Below are positions 1 through 9,144 of a stretch of 60,665 nt of DNA, piece by piece (positions within the stretch are counted from its first letter, which is position 1; each line of letters starts with the position of its first letter). Source of the DNA: a virus. Lineage: Duplodnaviria > Caudoviricetes. The notes beneath the pieces were generated by a model, which saw only the letters and a list, made by a program, of their open reading frames with translations, had not been told where the DNA came from and did no database searches. Both the position numbers and the translations under genes were made by a program. The stretch lies in the IMG/VR virus record IMGVR_UViG_3300042923_000927, positions 1-60,665 of that record; one strand, written 5' to 3'.

Positions 1-127
1 TTCCTTACTTGCCCATTTTACCAATTCACTCATTTCTTATTCCTCCTCTTTTTGTTCTTGCCAGAAAGCCGTTAATGTTCCGAGAATCAGCGCCAAGGCA
101 TATACTGCCGGGATTACTATCCACAGG
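1..127. repeat. Terminal direct repeat, copy 1 (circular-assembly overlap)
   Basis: Bases 1-127 are identical to 60539-60665, and ORFs read through the junction. Confidence 0.95.
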
Positions 128-132
128 CTCAT
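37..132 (-). CDS. Small membrane peptide (31 aa, MSLWIVIPAVYALALILGTLTAFWQEQKEEE)
   Basis: Translated by hand; GGAGG upstream; ATGA overlap with the stop of 129..368. Confidence 0.55.
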   Translation of the reverse strand: MSLWIVIPAVYALALILGTLTAFWQEQKEEE

Positions 133-368
133 CGGGATAACCTCCGATTATTATACTTGTGGTTCAATATCTCATTAGTGGGTCGTGGCTTATAATCGAA
201 TATCTCGATAACCATCGGCCCATTCGGATATTTGCTGTAGACCATGACTAGATCATCATGTACTATTACGTGGTAGACCATTAGATAATCCTCCCGATCA
301 CGTATATGATGCATATGATAGACCCGATAGCACAGATTATTGATAAGGTCCGAAAGAATATAGCCCAT
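129..368 (-). CDS. Hypothetical protein
   Basis: ORF in a co-directional minus-strand run; start uncertain. Confidence 0.5.
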   Translation of the reverse strand: MGYILSDLINNLCYRVYHMHHIRDREDYLMVYHVIVHDDLVMVYSKYPNGPMVIEIFDYKPRPTNEILNHKYNNRRLSR

Positions 369-700
369 AGGCGAAATCTTATTGCCGATTTGTTGAATTT
401 CCGGTTAAATCTCAATTCTATTTCCTCCTCCTGTTGTTCTCATCGTGAATCTGTTTTGCAGCTTTGACCATGAAGAATCCGCCTGTCAGGAGGAATAGAA
501 CCGTTATGATGAGTCCACATGCGATGATCAATTCCAATCCTCCTTTCTGTATATTATTAATCTTTTTGCACTTCTGCCGTATGGATTTCCCAGCCAACGT
601 ACCATCCATCAATAATTGCTTTAGCGAAATCTTCCCAAGTATCGTAAAATATTGGGCCTGTTCGTTGTCCAGTAGGTTCAGTTGCTACTACTAGTACCAC

Positions 701-1162
701 TCAATTCCAATCCTCCCTTTTCGGGTCGCGTTTTCGGTGCATCATGCGGTTGTCCTTTTGGGATTCTTTACCAAATTGACTTCCGTCTTTATTTGATGAT
801 CCGCCCATAGCATAAATCCAGGGGAATCCGGTCCGTTGGTTCTCGCTGCGGGCTTCATTCACATCAGCTGCGATGATTTTGTCGGCCTTTTTGATTTCGG
901 CTTCGACTTTCTTCTGTGTTCGAGAGTCCATTAATGCGGCAGGGGATACGTCCATTTGGTATTTGAGAACATCTTGCATTTCTTTCTTGTATGCCTCCGC
1001 TGATTCCTGGCGGCTGAAACATGCGTTATTATGCCTCAAACGTTCTTTTTTAGTCCACAATGGGAAGGGATCCTTGAAAGCATGGCATTGCCGTTTTCCA
1101 GCGTTGAAGCGAAGGCATCCATTGCAGTATTCGAGAACCTTTTCCACATGCTCGGGTTTCAT
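701..1162 (-). CDS. Hypothetical protein with Cys cluster (CxxC...C...C)
   Basis: ORF 701..1183; likely start MKPEHV after GGAGG. Confidence 0.65.
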   Translation of the reverse strand: MKPEHVEKVLEYCNGCLRFNAGKRQCHAFKDPFPLWTKKERLRHNNACFSRQESAEAYKKEMQDVLKYQMDVSPAALMDSRTQKKVEAEIKKADKIIAADVNEARSENQRTGFPWIYAMGGSSNKDGSQFGKESQKDNRMMHRKRDPKREDWN

Positions 1163-1247
1163 AGCCTTCCCACCCTCCCACATCGGTTACAATACCGAAT
1201 CCAGCTATTCTGTTTCCATTTATGGAGACCTAATTTGCATAGAATTT

Positions 1248-1505
1248 TCATTTCTTTGGATAACCCCCTTTCGTCAGTATGAATTGCTTCCATTGGTCGA
1301 ATGGCAGAGCATCTTGACCTTTTTCGATCATCCGGTTTTGGTATCGGGAGTAGAAAATCATCCATACGTATTCCTGCCTGTGGCCTTCCCGGCGATATAC
1401 TAACCACATACCGTATGGGAGGACGTCGATGCCTTTCTTATGGCATTCCTTTACGTAGAAAGCATACATGCCAGACATTGCCGATATTCCCATTATGACC
1501 ACCAC
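1248..1505 (-). CDS. Hypothetical protein, N-terminal hydrophobic segment
   Basis: ORF track; tight packing with neighbours. Confidence 0.55.
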   Translation of the reverse strand: MVVIMGISAMSGMYAFYVKECHKKGIDVLPYGMWLVYRREGHRQEYVWMIFYSRYQNRMIEKGQDALPFDQWKQFILTKGGYPKK

Positions 1506-1744
1506 TCCCCATAAATGTCGATTCTTTCGGGATACTTGGTGTAAAATTCAATTTGCAGATCGTCCCATGTGTCTTGCCACTGAATGAGTTTATCACCAAG
1601 CCGTAAGTATGTGTCAAGGGGTAATTCCCTGCCGATGAGAACTTCGAAATTTTTCTTAAAGTGTTTGTCGAAATCCATCTTCATGTCTCGTTCATCGATG
1701 GTAAGAGCTTCTAGTCGTCCTCGATCCTGACTCCGTGTAACCAT
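1493..1744 (-). CDS. Hypothetical protein
   Basis: ORF 1493..1801; likely start MVTRSQ after GGAGGGAG. Confidence 0.55.
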   Translation of the reverse strand: MVTRSQDRGRLEALTIDERDMKMDFDKHFKKNFEVLIGRELPLDTYLRLGDKLIQWQDTWDDLQIEFYTKYPERIDIYGEWWS

Positions 1745-2028
1745 TTCTCTCCCTCCTCGAATGTATGCCATCTTAACAATTCGGTTAATTCGTAAAACCA
1801 TTCCTCATCCATGGTGTCCAGTGCCACATTGATGAGTTCTGGGATGTCGAGCGAATGTGGCATGTCATATGAGAGGAATTCGACATCATCGTCTAAGTAT
1901 GTAATAACCGTTGAGTCTGATAATGGGAATTTCAATTCTACCCTCCGGCCTATGGTTTGTTCCACATATCCTAAAATCTTATTCTGTCCGAATAATACCC
2001 AACCACCGTCATATGGGAATAATGCCAT
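1711..2028 (-). CDS. IDEAL-domain protein
   Basis: C-terminal LINVALDTMDEEWFYELT matches the IDEAL motif (IDxALDxxDxexF); AGAGGTG RBS. Confidence 0.7.
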   Translation of the reverse strand: MALFPYDGGWVLFGQNKILGYVEQTIGRRVELKFPLSDSTVITYLDDDVEFLSYDMPHSLDIPELINVALDTMDEEWFYELTELLRWHTFEEGEKWLHGVRIEDD

Positions 2029-2124
2029 ATCATCACCTCTTCTTTAAAAGGAAATGGAGAAAATCATGCATTGCTTTGACCGATCTCTTTATAAGGTCCA
2101 TATGACCATCTCCCCCGCTACCGA

Positions 2125-2622
2125 TTAGAAATCGAATGGATCTTTCTTTGTTTCCTTAGATAACGTAATGCTTTCCCCCGGTTTCCTGAGATTATAGTTT
2201 TCTATGGAGCCCATTCGGCATGCCATGAATCCGACCATATGAGGAATGTAAATGAGATTAAGGTTGAGAATTTTTTGACCATTTGGGCCCGTTATTTGGT
2301 GGTTGAAAGCGAAATGCGAAGACTTATCCCTCATTTCGGTATGGATCTTATTCAGGTATTCTCTGCCGACGAATAGGGTGTCACATCTCTCATTGTAAAA
2401 CTCATAGACCAAATTCTCGTAGTCCATGATCTCGTTGATCACATTGGAGGGATCGAATGAGATGGATCGGTATTCTCGGATGTATTCGAATTCCGGTTCC
2501 TTCGTAGCCATTTTGAATTTGGCCAGCGTTTTAATGATGAAACGTGTGAGTGCATTGTCAGCCAGTTTGTAACGTGATCCTTTCTGGTTCTTCACAGAAT
2601 AGGGGATATAAATTTTTGTCAT
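2125..2622 (-). CDS. Hypothetical protein
   Basis: 165 aa ORF with AAAGGAG RBS. Confidence 0.7.
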   Translation of the reverse strand: MTKIYIPYSVKNQKGSRYKLADNALTRFIIKTLAKFKMATKEPEFEYIREYRSISFDPSNVINEIMDYENLVYEFYNERCDTLFVGREYLNKIHTEMRDKSSHFAFNHQITGPNGQKILNLNLIYIPHMVGFMACRMGSIENYNLRKPGESITLSKETKKDPFDF

Positions 2623-2688
2623 AGTGTTGCATCTCCTTTCATATAATATAGGTTAACTATAAGGCATTTGGAACAATTTGAAAATAGG

Positions 2689-3138
2689 TTAATTCTTGTC
2701 AGTCTTAAAGACTACGTATACGATCCGTCGTTTTCCATTCATATGGTCTGCCACATTTCTAACCATGTTACGGGAAACAGAAAGCTCTTCGGAGATGAAT
2801 CGCTGACTGTGTCCCTCCATTAATAAGTCTATGATGGCCGAATGTTTGCTGTCGATCGGTGAGAGAACCCCATTCTTATTAGAACGTGAGCTATACATGG
2901 ATCGTCGTCCTCTCTTGATATATCCTTTTTCGCGGAGTCTTTCAATCACAGCTTTCTTGCTCCATTTAAATCCTTTCACTGATTCCATAGGAAAGTTAAA
3001 ATCCTTAACTATATCTGTAATGAAAGGCTCTATCATTTTCTTCATGCTAACGGATTGTCCCTGCAGTATACAATACACCATGAATTTTTTGTATAAATCT
3101 TTATCGACATGTATTCGATATGGACTCTGATTTTTCAT
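2689..3138 (-). CDS. Putative DNA-binding regulator (N-terminal RHH-like, C-terminal HTH)
   Basis: IIDLLMEGHSQRFISEELSVSRNMVRNV is an HTH; GAGGTG RBS; diverges from the non-coding 3.15-3.7 kb region. Confidence 0.65.
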   Translation of the reverse strand: MKNQSPYRIHVDKDLYKKFMVYCILQGQSVSMKKMIEPFITDIVKDFNFPMESVKGFKWSKKAVIERLREKGYIKRGRRSMYSSRSNKNGVLSPIDSKHSAIIDLLMEGHSQRFISEELSVSRNMVRNVADHMNGKRRIVYVVFKTDKN

Positions 3139-3239
3139 ATTATCACCTCGGATCAATTATAACATAATAATGCATGGCGCAATTAGTTTAAAATCTTTTA
3201 CGATCTTTCTAATTTAATGCTACCGTGTCGCTAACTTCC

Positions 3240-3660
3240 CGGGCGGTGCGTTTTTACCTGGTGCGCTATGGTATATATATCCTGTAAGGATATATACCAG
3301 ATGCACCAGTACACCAGACCCGTAAATGATAACTGGTGCAAAAACTGGTGCGAACTGGTGCGAGACTTGGTGCGAGTATTGGCGCGGCGTACTTAGAGGG
3401 GGGCTGTGGAAGATATTCACCTCAAACGGCCGCTGTTCAAATAAGTGCAAATTTGGCTGCACCACTTAGCAAAATGCTCGTTCTCGTATAACAATCCATG
3501 TTTTCCATATGGATCGTATTAGTGGTGCATCATTTTTCATTTTTCAAAAGCCGAATGCAAATCAGTGGCGCAAAAATGGTGCGGACTGGCGCGGAGAACT
3601 AATCCGTCCGAAATTTTTGGAGTTCCTTCATTATATAGCGCGTAATGCGCGCGTACGTAT
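3240..3660. other. Putative replication origin: hairpin plus TGGTGC/GCACCA iterons
   Basis: Non-coding switch region; TATATCC-TGTAA-GGATATA hairpin at 3273-3295; multiple (C)TGGTGC(G) repeats in both orientations. Confidence 0.55.
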
Positions 3661-3680
3661 ACTCTCGGAGAAAGTTCCTG

Positions 3681-3709
3681 TTTACATTCTACTGTGATCA
3701 TGGTATGAT
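3681..3709 (+). promoter_or_regulatory. SigA-like promoter
   Basis: TTTACA-N17-TATGAT. Confidence 0.6.
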
Positions 3710-3742
3710 TTGACTGTACTTAAAAACGAGGAGGAATATCAT

Positions 3743-3997
3743 ATGAAATTAAAGAAACTGAGCTATGTAGCCATTAAAGGTAAAAGGAGTAAAGAACAGA
3801 AGCTGGTTAAGAAAATGAAGAAGAAAGGATTCATTCATTTAGACGACATGGATCATACTATCGACCGGGAAACTTCCATCCTGCATTTTACCCGGAGCAC
3901 GTATTCTATTAGCGGGAAGAGGGACAGGACTAATAATCCGATTCCACATCCTGACATGGAATTCGATTCGACTGAGGAAATGAACGTTCCTCGCTGA
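3743..3997 (+). CDS. Hypothetical basic protein
   Basis: GAGGAGG RBS before MKLKKL; followed by a terminator. Confidence 0.65.
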   Translation: MKLKKLSYVAIKGKRSKEQKLVKKMKKKGFIHLDDMDHTIDRETSILHFTRSTYSISGKRDRTNNPIPHPDMEFDSTEEMNVPR

Positions 3998-4014
3998 CCC
4001 TTCGGGGTCTTTTT
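3996..4014 (+). terminator. Rho-independent terminator
   Basis: GACCC-TTCG-GGGTC followed by a T tract. Confidence 0.8.
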
Positions 4015-4068
4015 ATTTGCGTTGAATGGTACTTCATGGTCAATTTGACAGTTTTTTCTTTGTGACTA

Positions 4069-4097
4069 TTTACAAAAATGAGTACAGGCTGTATAAT
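4069..4097 (+). promoter_or_regulatory. SigA-like promoter
   Basis: TTTACA-N17-TATAAT. Confidence 0.7.
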
Positions 4098-4139
4098 TGG
4101 ATTATTAGTTAAATTATACAAAAAGGTAGGTGCTAAAGC

Positions 4140-4589
4140 ATGGCGGAAATAAAAGATCCAGCTGTGGTGTTCAGTAAAGAAGGGTGGAAGGCATTTCTCG
4201 GATTTATGTCCGAGTTGATTCCCAGTACGGTCAACAGACTTGAAGATCCATCGGAAATCGCAGCTCTCATTGCCGGATATGAGGAAAGGCATTCGGAACC
4301 GAAGAATGATCATTGGAGGGAAAAGGCCCAACCAGAAATTGATGCTGTGGTATCCATATTGAAGAAGAACCGGGTCCCCATGAAGCTGAAAGAAATCGCT
4401 TTAGAAATGAATGACATTCATAGAGACAGCTCATTGGAATGGGGAATGAATGCATCTACATGGTCAACCCGCATGGAAAAGGTCCGGAAGTATGAGCCAC
4501 GTATTCAAAAGGTTGGATATGGACTTTATGATTTGATGATCGACCCGGAAGAAAGATTTAAGGAATTAGAGGAGGCTGAATCACGATGA
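4140..4589 (+). CDS. Winged-helix DNA-binding protein, Rok-like C-terminus
   Basis: VVSILKKNRVPMKLKEI...MEKVRKYEPRIQKVGYGLY resembles the Rok winged helix. Confidence 0.5.
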   Translation: MAEIKDPAVVFSKEGWKAFLGFMSELIPSTVNRLEDPSEIAALIAGYEERHSEPKNDHWREKAQPEIDAVVSILKKNRVPMKLKEIALEMNDIHRDSSLEWGMNASTWSTRMEKVRKYEPRIQKVGYGLYDLMIDPEERFKELEEAESR

Positions 4590-4837
4590 TCGAGGCACCA
4601 CAGAAATCTACCGCTCAGCAATTCGATGAAGTAGTAATGACAACTCGGGCTTACTTCATTCTTACCTTTCCTGATGGCATGAGGGCAGCCGGAACACGGG
4701 AGATGATCTTCCGATATGTATGCAGTAAATGTGGTCACGTTCCACCTGTCATGATCTCGGCCGCTTTAAAAATCCTGAAGGATCGTGGAGCAATCGTATT
4801 TGAGAATCGGGTATGGTGGTTTATGGGGGATCGGTAA
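4586..4837 (+). CDS. Hypothetical protein (possible winged helix)
   Basis: ATGA-coupled to the upstream gene. Confidence 0.55.
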   Translation: MIEAPQKSTAQQFDEVVMTTRAYFILTFPDGMRAAGTREMIFRYVCSKCGHVPPVMISAALKILKDRGAIVFENRVWWFMGDR

Positions 4838-4883
4838 CAACATTACTATCCGCATATGATGGATAAAAAGGAGGTAATATGAA

Positions 4884-5120
4884 ATGAGAATCAAAAAACT
4901 GTTTTCTTTCTTTATCGTTCCATTATATGTCGCGCTGGTGATGGTAATTTCAGTATTCTTCAATGACATCGAGATTAAACTGCTGATCGGTTACTTGGGG
5001 CTGTCTTTTACGCCCCTTCTGACCGCCATCGCATTCGCGGTATATGACCGTTACAATATAAAGGAGGTTGAGGTATATGGGAAAGTTTTTGCAGTCACTA
5101 AACAGCCGGATAACCGATAA
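4884..5120 (+). CDS. Membrane protein, two TM segments
   Basis: AGGAGG RBS; hydrophobic sequence. Confidence 0.6.
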   Translation: MRIKKLFSFFIVPLYVALVMVISVFFNDIEIKLLIGYLGLSFTPLLTAIAFAVYDRYNIKEVEVYGKVFAVTKQPDNR

Positions 5121-5232
5121 TCAAATCAGAGCCTTCGTAATGGCAATTCTCATTCTGGGAGGAACCCTATCGCTATTCGTACTCATGGCCTATATTCTTC
5201 TAATCGGTAACCTCATTACTCTCTTTAATTAA
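5077..5232 (+). CDS. Small membrane protein (51 aa)
   Basis: Translated by hand, MGKFLQSLNSRITDNQIRAFVMAILILGGTLSLFVLMAYILLIGNLITLFN; GAGGT RBS. Confidence 0.55.
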   Translation: MGKFLQSLNSRITDNQIRAFVMAILILGGTLSLFVLMAYILLIGNLITLFN

Positions 5233-5313
5233 AAATCTTCATCAGGTATTTACGTAGTCCTTTCGTCCTTGTTATAATTAACTAAAACCATTCTGCCAGA
5301 AGGAGGTCTCCAC

Positions 5314-5490
5314 ATGGAAAACGAATTGACAGTAAAAGAATTATCAGACAGAACTGGAGTTGAGGTTCGGAAGATTATGTATCGAATCACCAAAACTGGT
5401 GAAATCAAAGGTCGCAAGGTAGGGTGGATATGGTTAGTGCCTCAGTCTGAGGTTGAAGTTTTGAAATCGCTTTATCCGAAGAAAGGGTAG
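5314..5490 (+). CDS. Excisionase/MerR-type HTH protein (58 aa)
   Basis: MENELTVKELSDRTGVEVRKIMYRI...IKGRKVGWIWLVPQSEV; AGGAGG RBS; promoter TTTACG-N18-TATAAT at 5249-5278. Confidence 0.75.
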   Translation: MENELTVKELSDRTGVEVRKIMYRITKTGEIKGRKVGWIWLVPQSEVEVLKSLYPKKG

Positions 5491-5501
5491 GAGGGAGGCA
5501 T

Positions 5502-7547
5502 TTGAGCCACATAGCCATCAAGTTTCTATCCGATGTTTGGAAGGAACAATGCAAAAAGGGAGATACGGTGTTTCTCGCCAGCAAGAACCGTACAACCGAT
5601 AAATGGAGGGATTTCTCCTTCACCTATGGAACCAAACTACAAGCTGAGTTAAAGGAATGGTTCTCTGATAATCCATCCAAATCGAATGATTTGTATTTCT
5701 GCCCTCTCCCGTTCAATGGAAGAAAAAGGGATCGTAACGCCGTCATCCGTACCCACTTCCTGTGGCAAGACCTTGACTATGCAAACCCAGACTATTTGGA
5801 TAAAACGGTAACCCCGACAATCGCATGGGAATCATCACCCGGAAGGTTCCAAGGGTTATGGAGATTGGACAAGCATTACGATCCATCCGAGATTGAGGAA
5901 TTGAACCGATCGCTTTCCAGATTCACAGGGGCAGATAAAGGCGGTTGGGATCTGACCCAGGTTCTCCGGATTCCTGGAACGCACAACAATAAATATAAGG
6001 AAAAGCCACAGGTACGATTTATGTATGATAACGGCATCGTATATCATGTGGATAAACTTAAATCCATCGTAGACGCTCCCTCCGAAGAAGATCCACCATG
6101 GGATGAGAACCATTCGGCCCTGAAGGAAATGGATGCTCAACGCATTCTGAAAAAGCACCACAAAAAGATACCCAGAAAAGCTTTAACAATGCTGATGGCC
6201 AAAACTGCCACCATGGGTAAACGATCCGATATTATATGGTATCTTACCAACAAACTAAATGAGGTTGGCCTCAATCCGCATGAGATTTACTCGCTTATGA
6301 AAGCCTCCGTATGGAATAAGTATAAAGACCGACATGATGAGGAGGAGAGGTTAAGAACCGAGATAGAGAAGGTAATAGAGGGGAAGTTTTCCGATGAACC
6401 GAAAGGGAAGACAAATCCTAACCCTGAACCGATGGGAGATTCGGAGGATTCAGGAGATGCAGAAGACGATGATGACGGAAGCTTCGGACTCACCCTTGAA
6501 TCCTATCATGAAGTCATGTCCTCAATATCGGCACATCCTGGGTGGCTCGTTGAAGGTTTCTGGGGTAGGAGAAGTCACGGTATTGTGGCTGGAGAACCGA
6601 AATCTTTCAAATCGACATACGTCATCGACTTGGCGGTATCCGTAGCATCAGGAGAGCCCTTTCTGGGGCAATATCCCGTTTTAGAGCCTGGTCCTGTGAT
6701 TTACATACAGAATGAAAATGCTGACTGGATCATTCGCGATAAAGTGGAGAAAGTAATAGCTAACCGGGGCTTAGGAGGGGAAGCTGTATATCGAGAGAAA
6801 AGCAATAAGCTGAAGGTCAGGTTTCCAAAAGACCTCCCGTTATATTTTATTAACCAACAAGGATATCAAATCAATGATCCTATCCACCAGCAAATATTGG
6901 AGAAGATCATCAAGCAATATAAACCTGTATTAATCGTACTTGACCCTCTTTACCTCATGTTCGATGGGGATATTAACTCGGCAAAGGAACTCATGCCTGC
7001 ATTAGTATGGCTCCTGGAGCTGAAGAATAAGTACAAAACCGGAGTCATGGTCATTCATCATTATAATAAGGGCGGAACGAATTCTAGGGGCGGTCAGCGG
7101 ATGCTCGGTTCTACCACACTGCATGGATGGATAGAGTCGGCATGGTATATGAAGCATCTTCCGAAAGACGATGATGAGGATGAAGATGATGGAGATATTG
7201 CAAAGGTGGCCGGAGTTCCATCCCCGATCATACTGGAGCGAGAATTCCGTTCGGCTGGAGGATTTCCTAGACTGGAATTGACCTTAACGATGGGGGAAAC
7301 TGGAAACCCGCTTTACAAGGTCGATGTCGAGAAATATAATCCGAAGAAGGGGAAAGAAGGATATGTTTCGGAGGATGATGTGGAGAATGACATTCTGAAT
7401 ATTCTCGAGATGTCCGGCAGGGTGGTTTCACAAAGGAAACTGGCCGATGATACTGGGGCTAGCCGGAGGATCATTAAGAAAATATTGGATAAGCTGTCAG
7501 AGCAGGGTAAAGTCAATCTCTCATCCGGGGGAGCCACCATTATCTAA
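5502..7547 (+). CDS. Primase-helicase (RepB-type primase plus RecA-family AAA helicase)
   Basis: WQDLD, ESSPGRFQGLW and VLRIPGTHN primase motifs; Walker A GEPKSFKS; Walker B IVLDP; IHHYNK; TTG start after GGAGG. Confidence 0.85.
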   Translation: MSHIAIKFLSDVWKEQCKKGDTVFLASKNRTTDKWRDFSFTYGTKLQAELKEWFSDNPSKSNDLYFCPLPFNGRKRDRNAVIRTHFLWQDLDYANPDYLDKTVTPTIAWESSPGRFQGLWRLDKHYDPSEIEELNRSLSRFTGADKGGWDLTQVLRIPGTHNNKYKEKPQVRFMYDNGIVYHVDKLKSIVDAPSEEDPPWDENHSALKEMDAQRILKKHHKKIPRKALTMLMAKTATMGKRSDIIWYLTNKLNEVGLNPHEIYSLMKASVWNKYKDRHDEEERLRTEIEKVIEGKFSDEPKGKTNPNPEPMGDSEDSGDAEDDDDGSFGLTLESYHEVMSSISAHPGWLVEGFWGRRSHGIVAGEPKSFKSTYVIDLAVSVASGEPFLGQYPVLEPGPVIYIQNENADWIIRDKVEKVIANRGLGGEAVYREKSNKLKVRFPKDLPLYFINQQGYQINDPIHQQILEKIIKQYKPVLIVLDPLYLMFDGDINSAKELMPALVWLLELKNKYKTGVMVIHHYNKGGTNSRGGQRMLGSTTLHGWIESAWYMKHLPKDDDEDEDDGDIAKVAGVPSPIILEREFRSAGGFPRLELTLTMGETGNPLYKVDVEKYNPKKGKEGYVSEDDVENDILNILEMSGRVVSQRKLADDTGASRRIIKKILDKLSEQGKVNLSSGGATII

Positions 7548-7559
7548 AGAATTTCGCAT

Positions 7560-7588
7560 TTTACATTTTACCATTCTTCTCATATAAT
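7560..7588 (+). promoter_or_regulatory. SigA-like promoter of the nucleotide metabolism operon
   Basis: TTTACA-N17-TATAAT. Confidence 0.75.
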
Positions 7589-7617
7589 AGACATATATAC
7601 AAAAAGGAGGAAGGTGC

Positions 7618-8007
7618 TTGTTAGTCATGATGCAACCGAGAGCAGTAGCCGTATTATTACACGATAAAAAAGGACGATGCGTTAGCAGGTCGCTTCACAG
7701 GTTTCAGGAGGACATGCATATAAAGCCCTTTCGGGATCTGGTGAAAAAAGTCTATCCCACCTCCGAAACGTTCATCGTCAATGTAAGGGAGGTGACAAAA
7801 CCCGACCCAGGAGCTATCAGGTTACGAGGACAGATGTGGTGCCCATACTGTGCTGCCTACCGTCATTACAACCCGGACACTTACTTAGGAATTAATCGAT
7901 GTGAGGTATGTGGCATATCTGACAAGGATTATCACGTACAAGACATGAATGGTCTATGGCCGAAACTAGATGGGGTACCAACCAGAAAGGAGAAAAAGAA
8001 GAAATGA
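7618..8007 (+). CDS. Zinc-ribbon protein
   Basis: WCPYC...RCEVCG; AGGAGG RBS. Confidence 0.7.
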   Translation: MLVMMQPRAVAVLLHDKKGRCVSRSLHRFQEDMHIKPFRDLVKKVYPTSETFIVNVREVTKPDPGAIRLRGQMWCPYCAAYRHYNPDTYLGINRCEVCGISDKDYHVQDMNGLWPKLDGVPTRKEKKKK

Positions 8008-8588
8008 ACCTAGAACAGAAACTCATGATCGTCGTTGAAGGGTTCGATAATACGGGGAAATCCACACTGATGGAGCAAATTCGGAGTTATACTGGGGTGT
8101 CTGGTCATGCTTCCAACGGTCGCCCACACAGTACTCAAGAAATGTTCAATCGTATGCATCATTATTTGGACTATCCGCATGTCTCCCTTCATGACCGCAT
8201 TCACTGTATTTCGGAAACGGTCTACGGACCAATTATTCGGGATCAATACACTTTTACTACGCCCGATGGAAGAGAAATTGAAAAAATCTTTAAGGCAACC
8301 CCCCACCTCATTATCTACTGCCGACCACCACGAGAGTACATATTTAATTACGGAGACCGCGGGCAGATGGAAGGCGTCATCGAGAATGATGTAAAATTGC
8401 TTCATGCATATGACCAAAAGATTCGCTATATGATCAACGAAGGCGGATGGAGGATCATGCTTCACGATTACACCGACTCGAACTCATTAAAACAAATTTT
8501 ATTTACTATCGGAGGTATTTTAAATGGACAGACTAACACAGGTATTCAATCGCCAATCTCAGCTGATGGACAAATACAGAAAGATTGA
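8004..8588 (+). CDS. P-loop (deoxy)nucleoside monophosphate kinase
   Basis: IVVEGFDNTGKST, then HDR..ISETVYGPIIR (thymidylate-kinase-like). Confidence 0.8.
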   Translation: MNLEQKLMIVVEGFDNTGKSTLMEQIRSYTGVSGHASNGRPHSTQEMFNRMHHYLDYPHVSLHDRIHCISETVYGPIIRDQYTFTTPDGREIEKIFKATPHLIIYCRPPREYIFNYGDRGQMEGVIENDVKLLHAYDQKIRYMINEGGWRIMLHDYTDSNSLKQILFTIGGILNGQTNTGIQSPISADGQIQKD

Positions 8589-9144
8589 GGCAGGAAACGG
8601 ATTCCACCTTAATGTTTCTTATCCAATTGACATTAATGACCGTTTCGGGCAAGCTCGCCTGAAAGATACCGCATGGCGCATGACTGAGGAGCTCGGGGAG
8701 TCATTAGATTCCTATTTGGACAATCCTGACGGGTTTCTGGATGAAATGGCCGACGTTATGCATTTCTTGGCTGAATTCACATTGCTAGCTGGATATGTCG
8801 CCCATGATGTGGTAGATTGGACGTATGGGGATAATTCCGACATCTTACTGACATTGTTTCTGGAAGCAGAGGCCTCGGGTTATGGGGATCAGTACGAGGA
8901 CCTGACCCATCAAACGGGGCTTATGGTTCAATCCCTGGCTATGACTTGCAATACACTTAAAAATAAGCCATGGAAGCAAACCCCAAAAGAAACAGATGTT
9001 AACCTGTTCAAATCCCGCCTCCAAAAAACCTGGTCGAACTATGCCGCTCTATGCATTACCGCAGGAATCAATGACGTTAAACTGTTCGAATGCTATTTGA
9101 AAAAAGCGGCGGTAAATGAGAATCGCCAGAATACGGGCTATTGA
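8524..9144 (+). CDS. All-alpha dNTP pyrophosphohydrolase (dimeric dUTPase/dCTPase, MazG superfamily)
   Basis: EELGE, DEMADVMHF, KNKPWKQ and C-terminal KAAVNENRQNTGY motifs. Confidence 0.8.
   Translation: MDRLTQVFNRQSQLMDKYRKIEAGNGFHLNVSYPIDINDRFGQARLKDTAWRMTEELGESLDSYLDNPDGFLDEMADVMHFLAEFTLLAGYVAHDVVDWTYGDNSDILLTLFLEAEASGYGDQYEDLTHQTGLMVQSLAMTCNTLKNKPWKQTPKETDVNLFKSRLQKTWSNYAALCITAGINDVKLFECYLKKAAVNENRQNTGY

Noticed and set aside
3220-3697. ORFs 3220..3465 and 3509..3697
   Set aside because: They overlap the iteron/hairpin region, lack RBSs, and their peptide repeats simply reflect the DNA repeats
5314-5490. Excisionase as evidence of integration
   Set aside because: No integrase or att site was found; such HTH genes commonly precede phage primases
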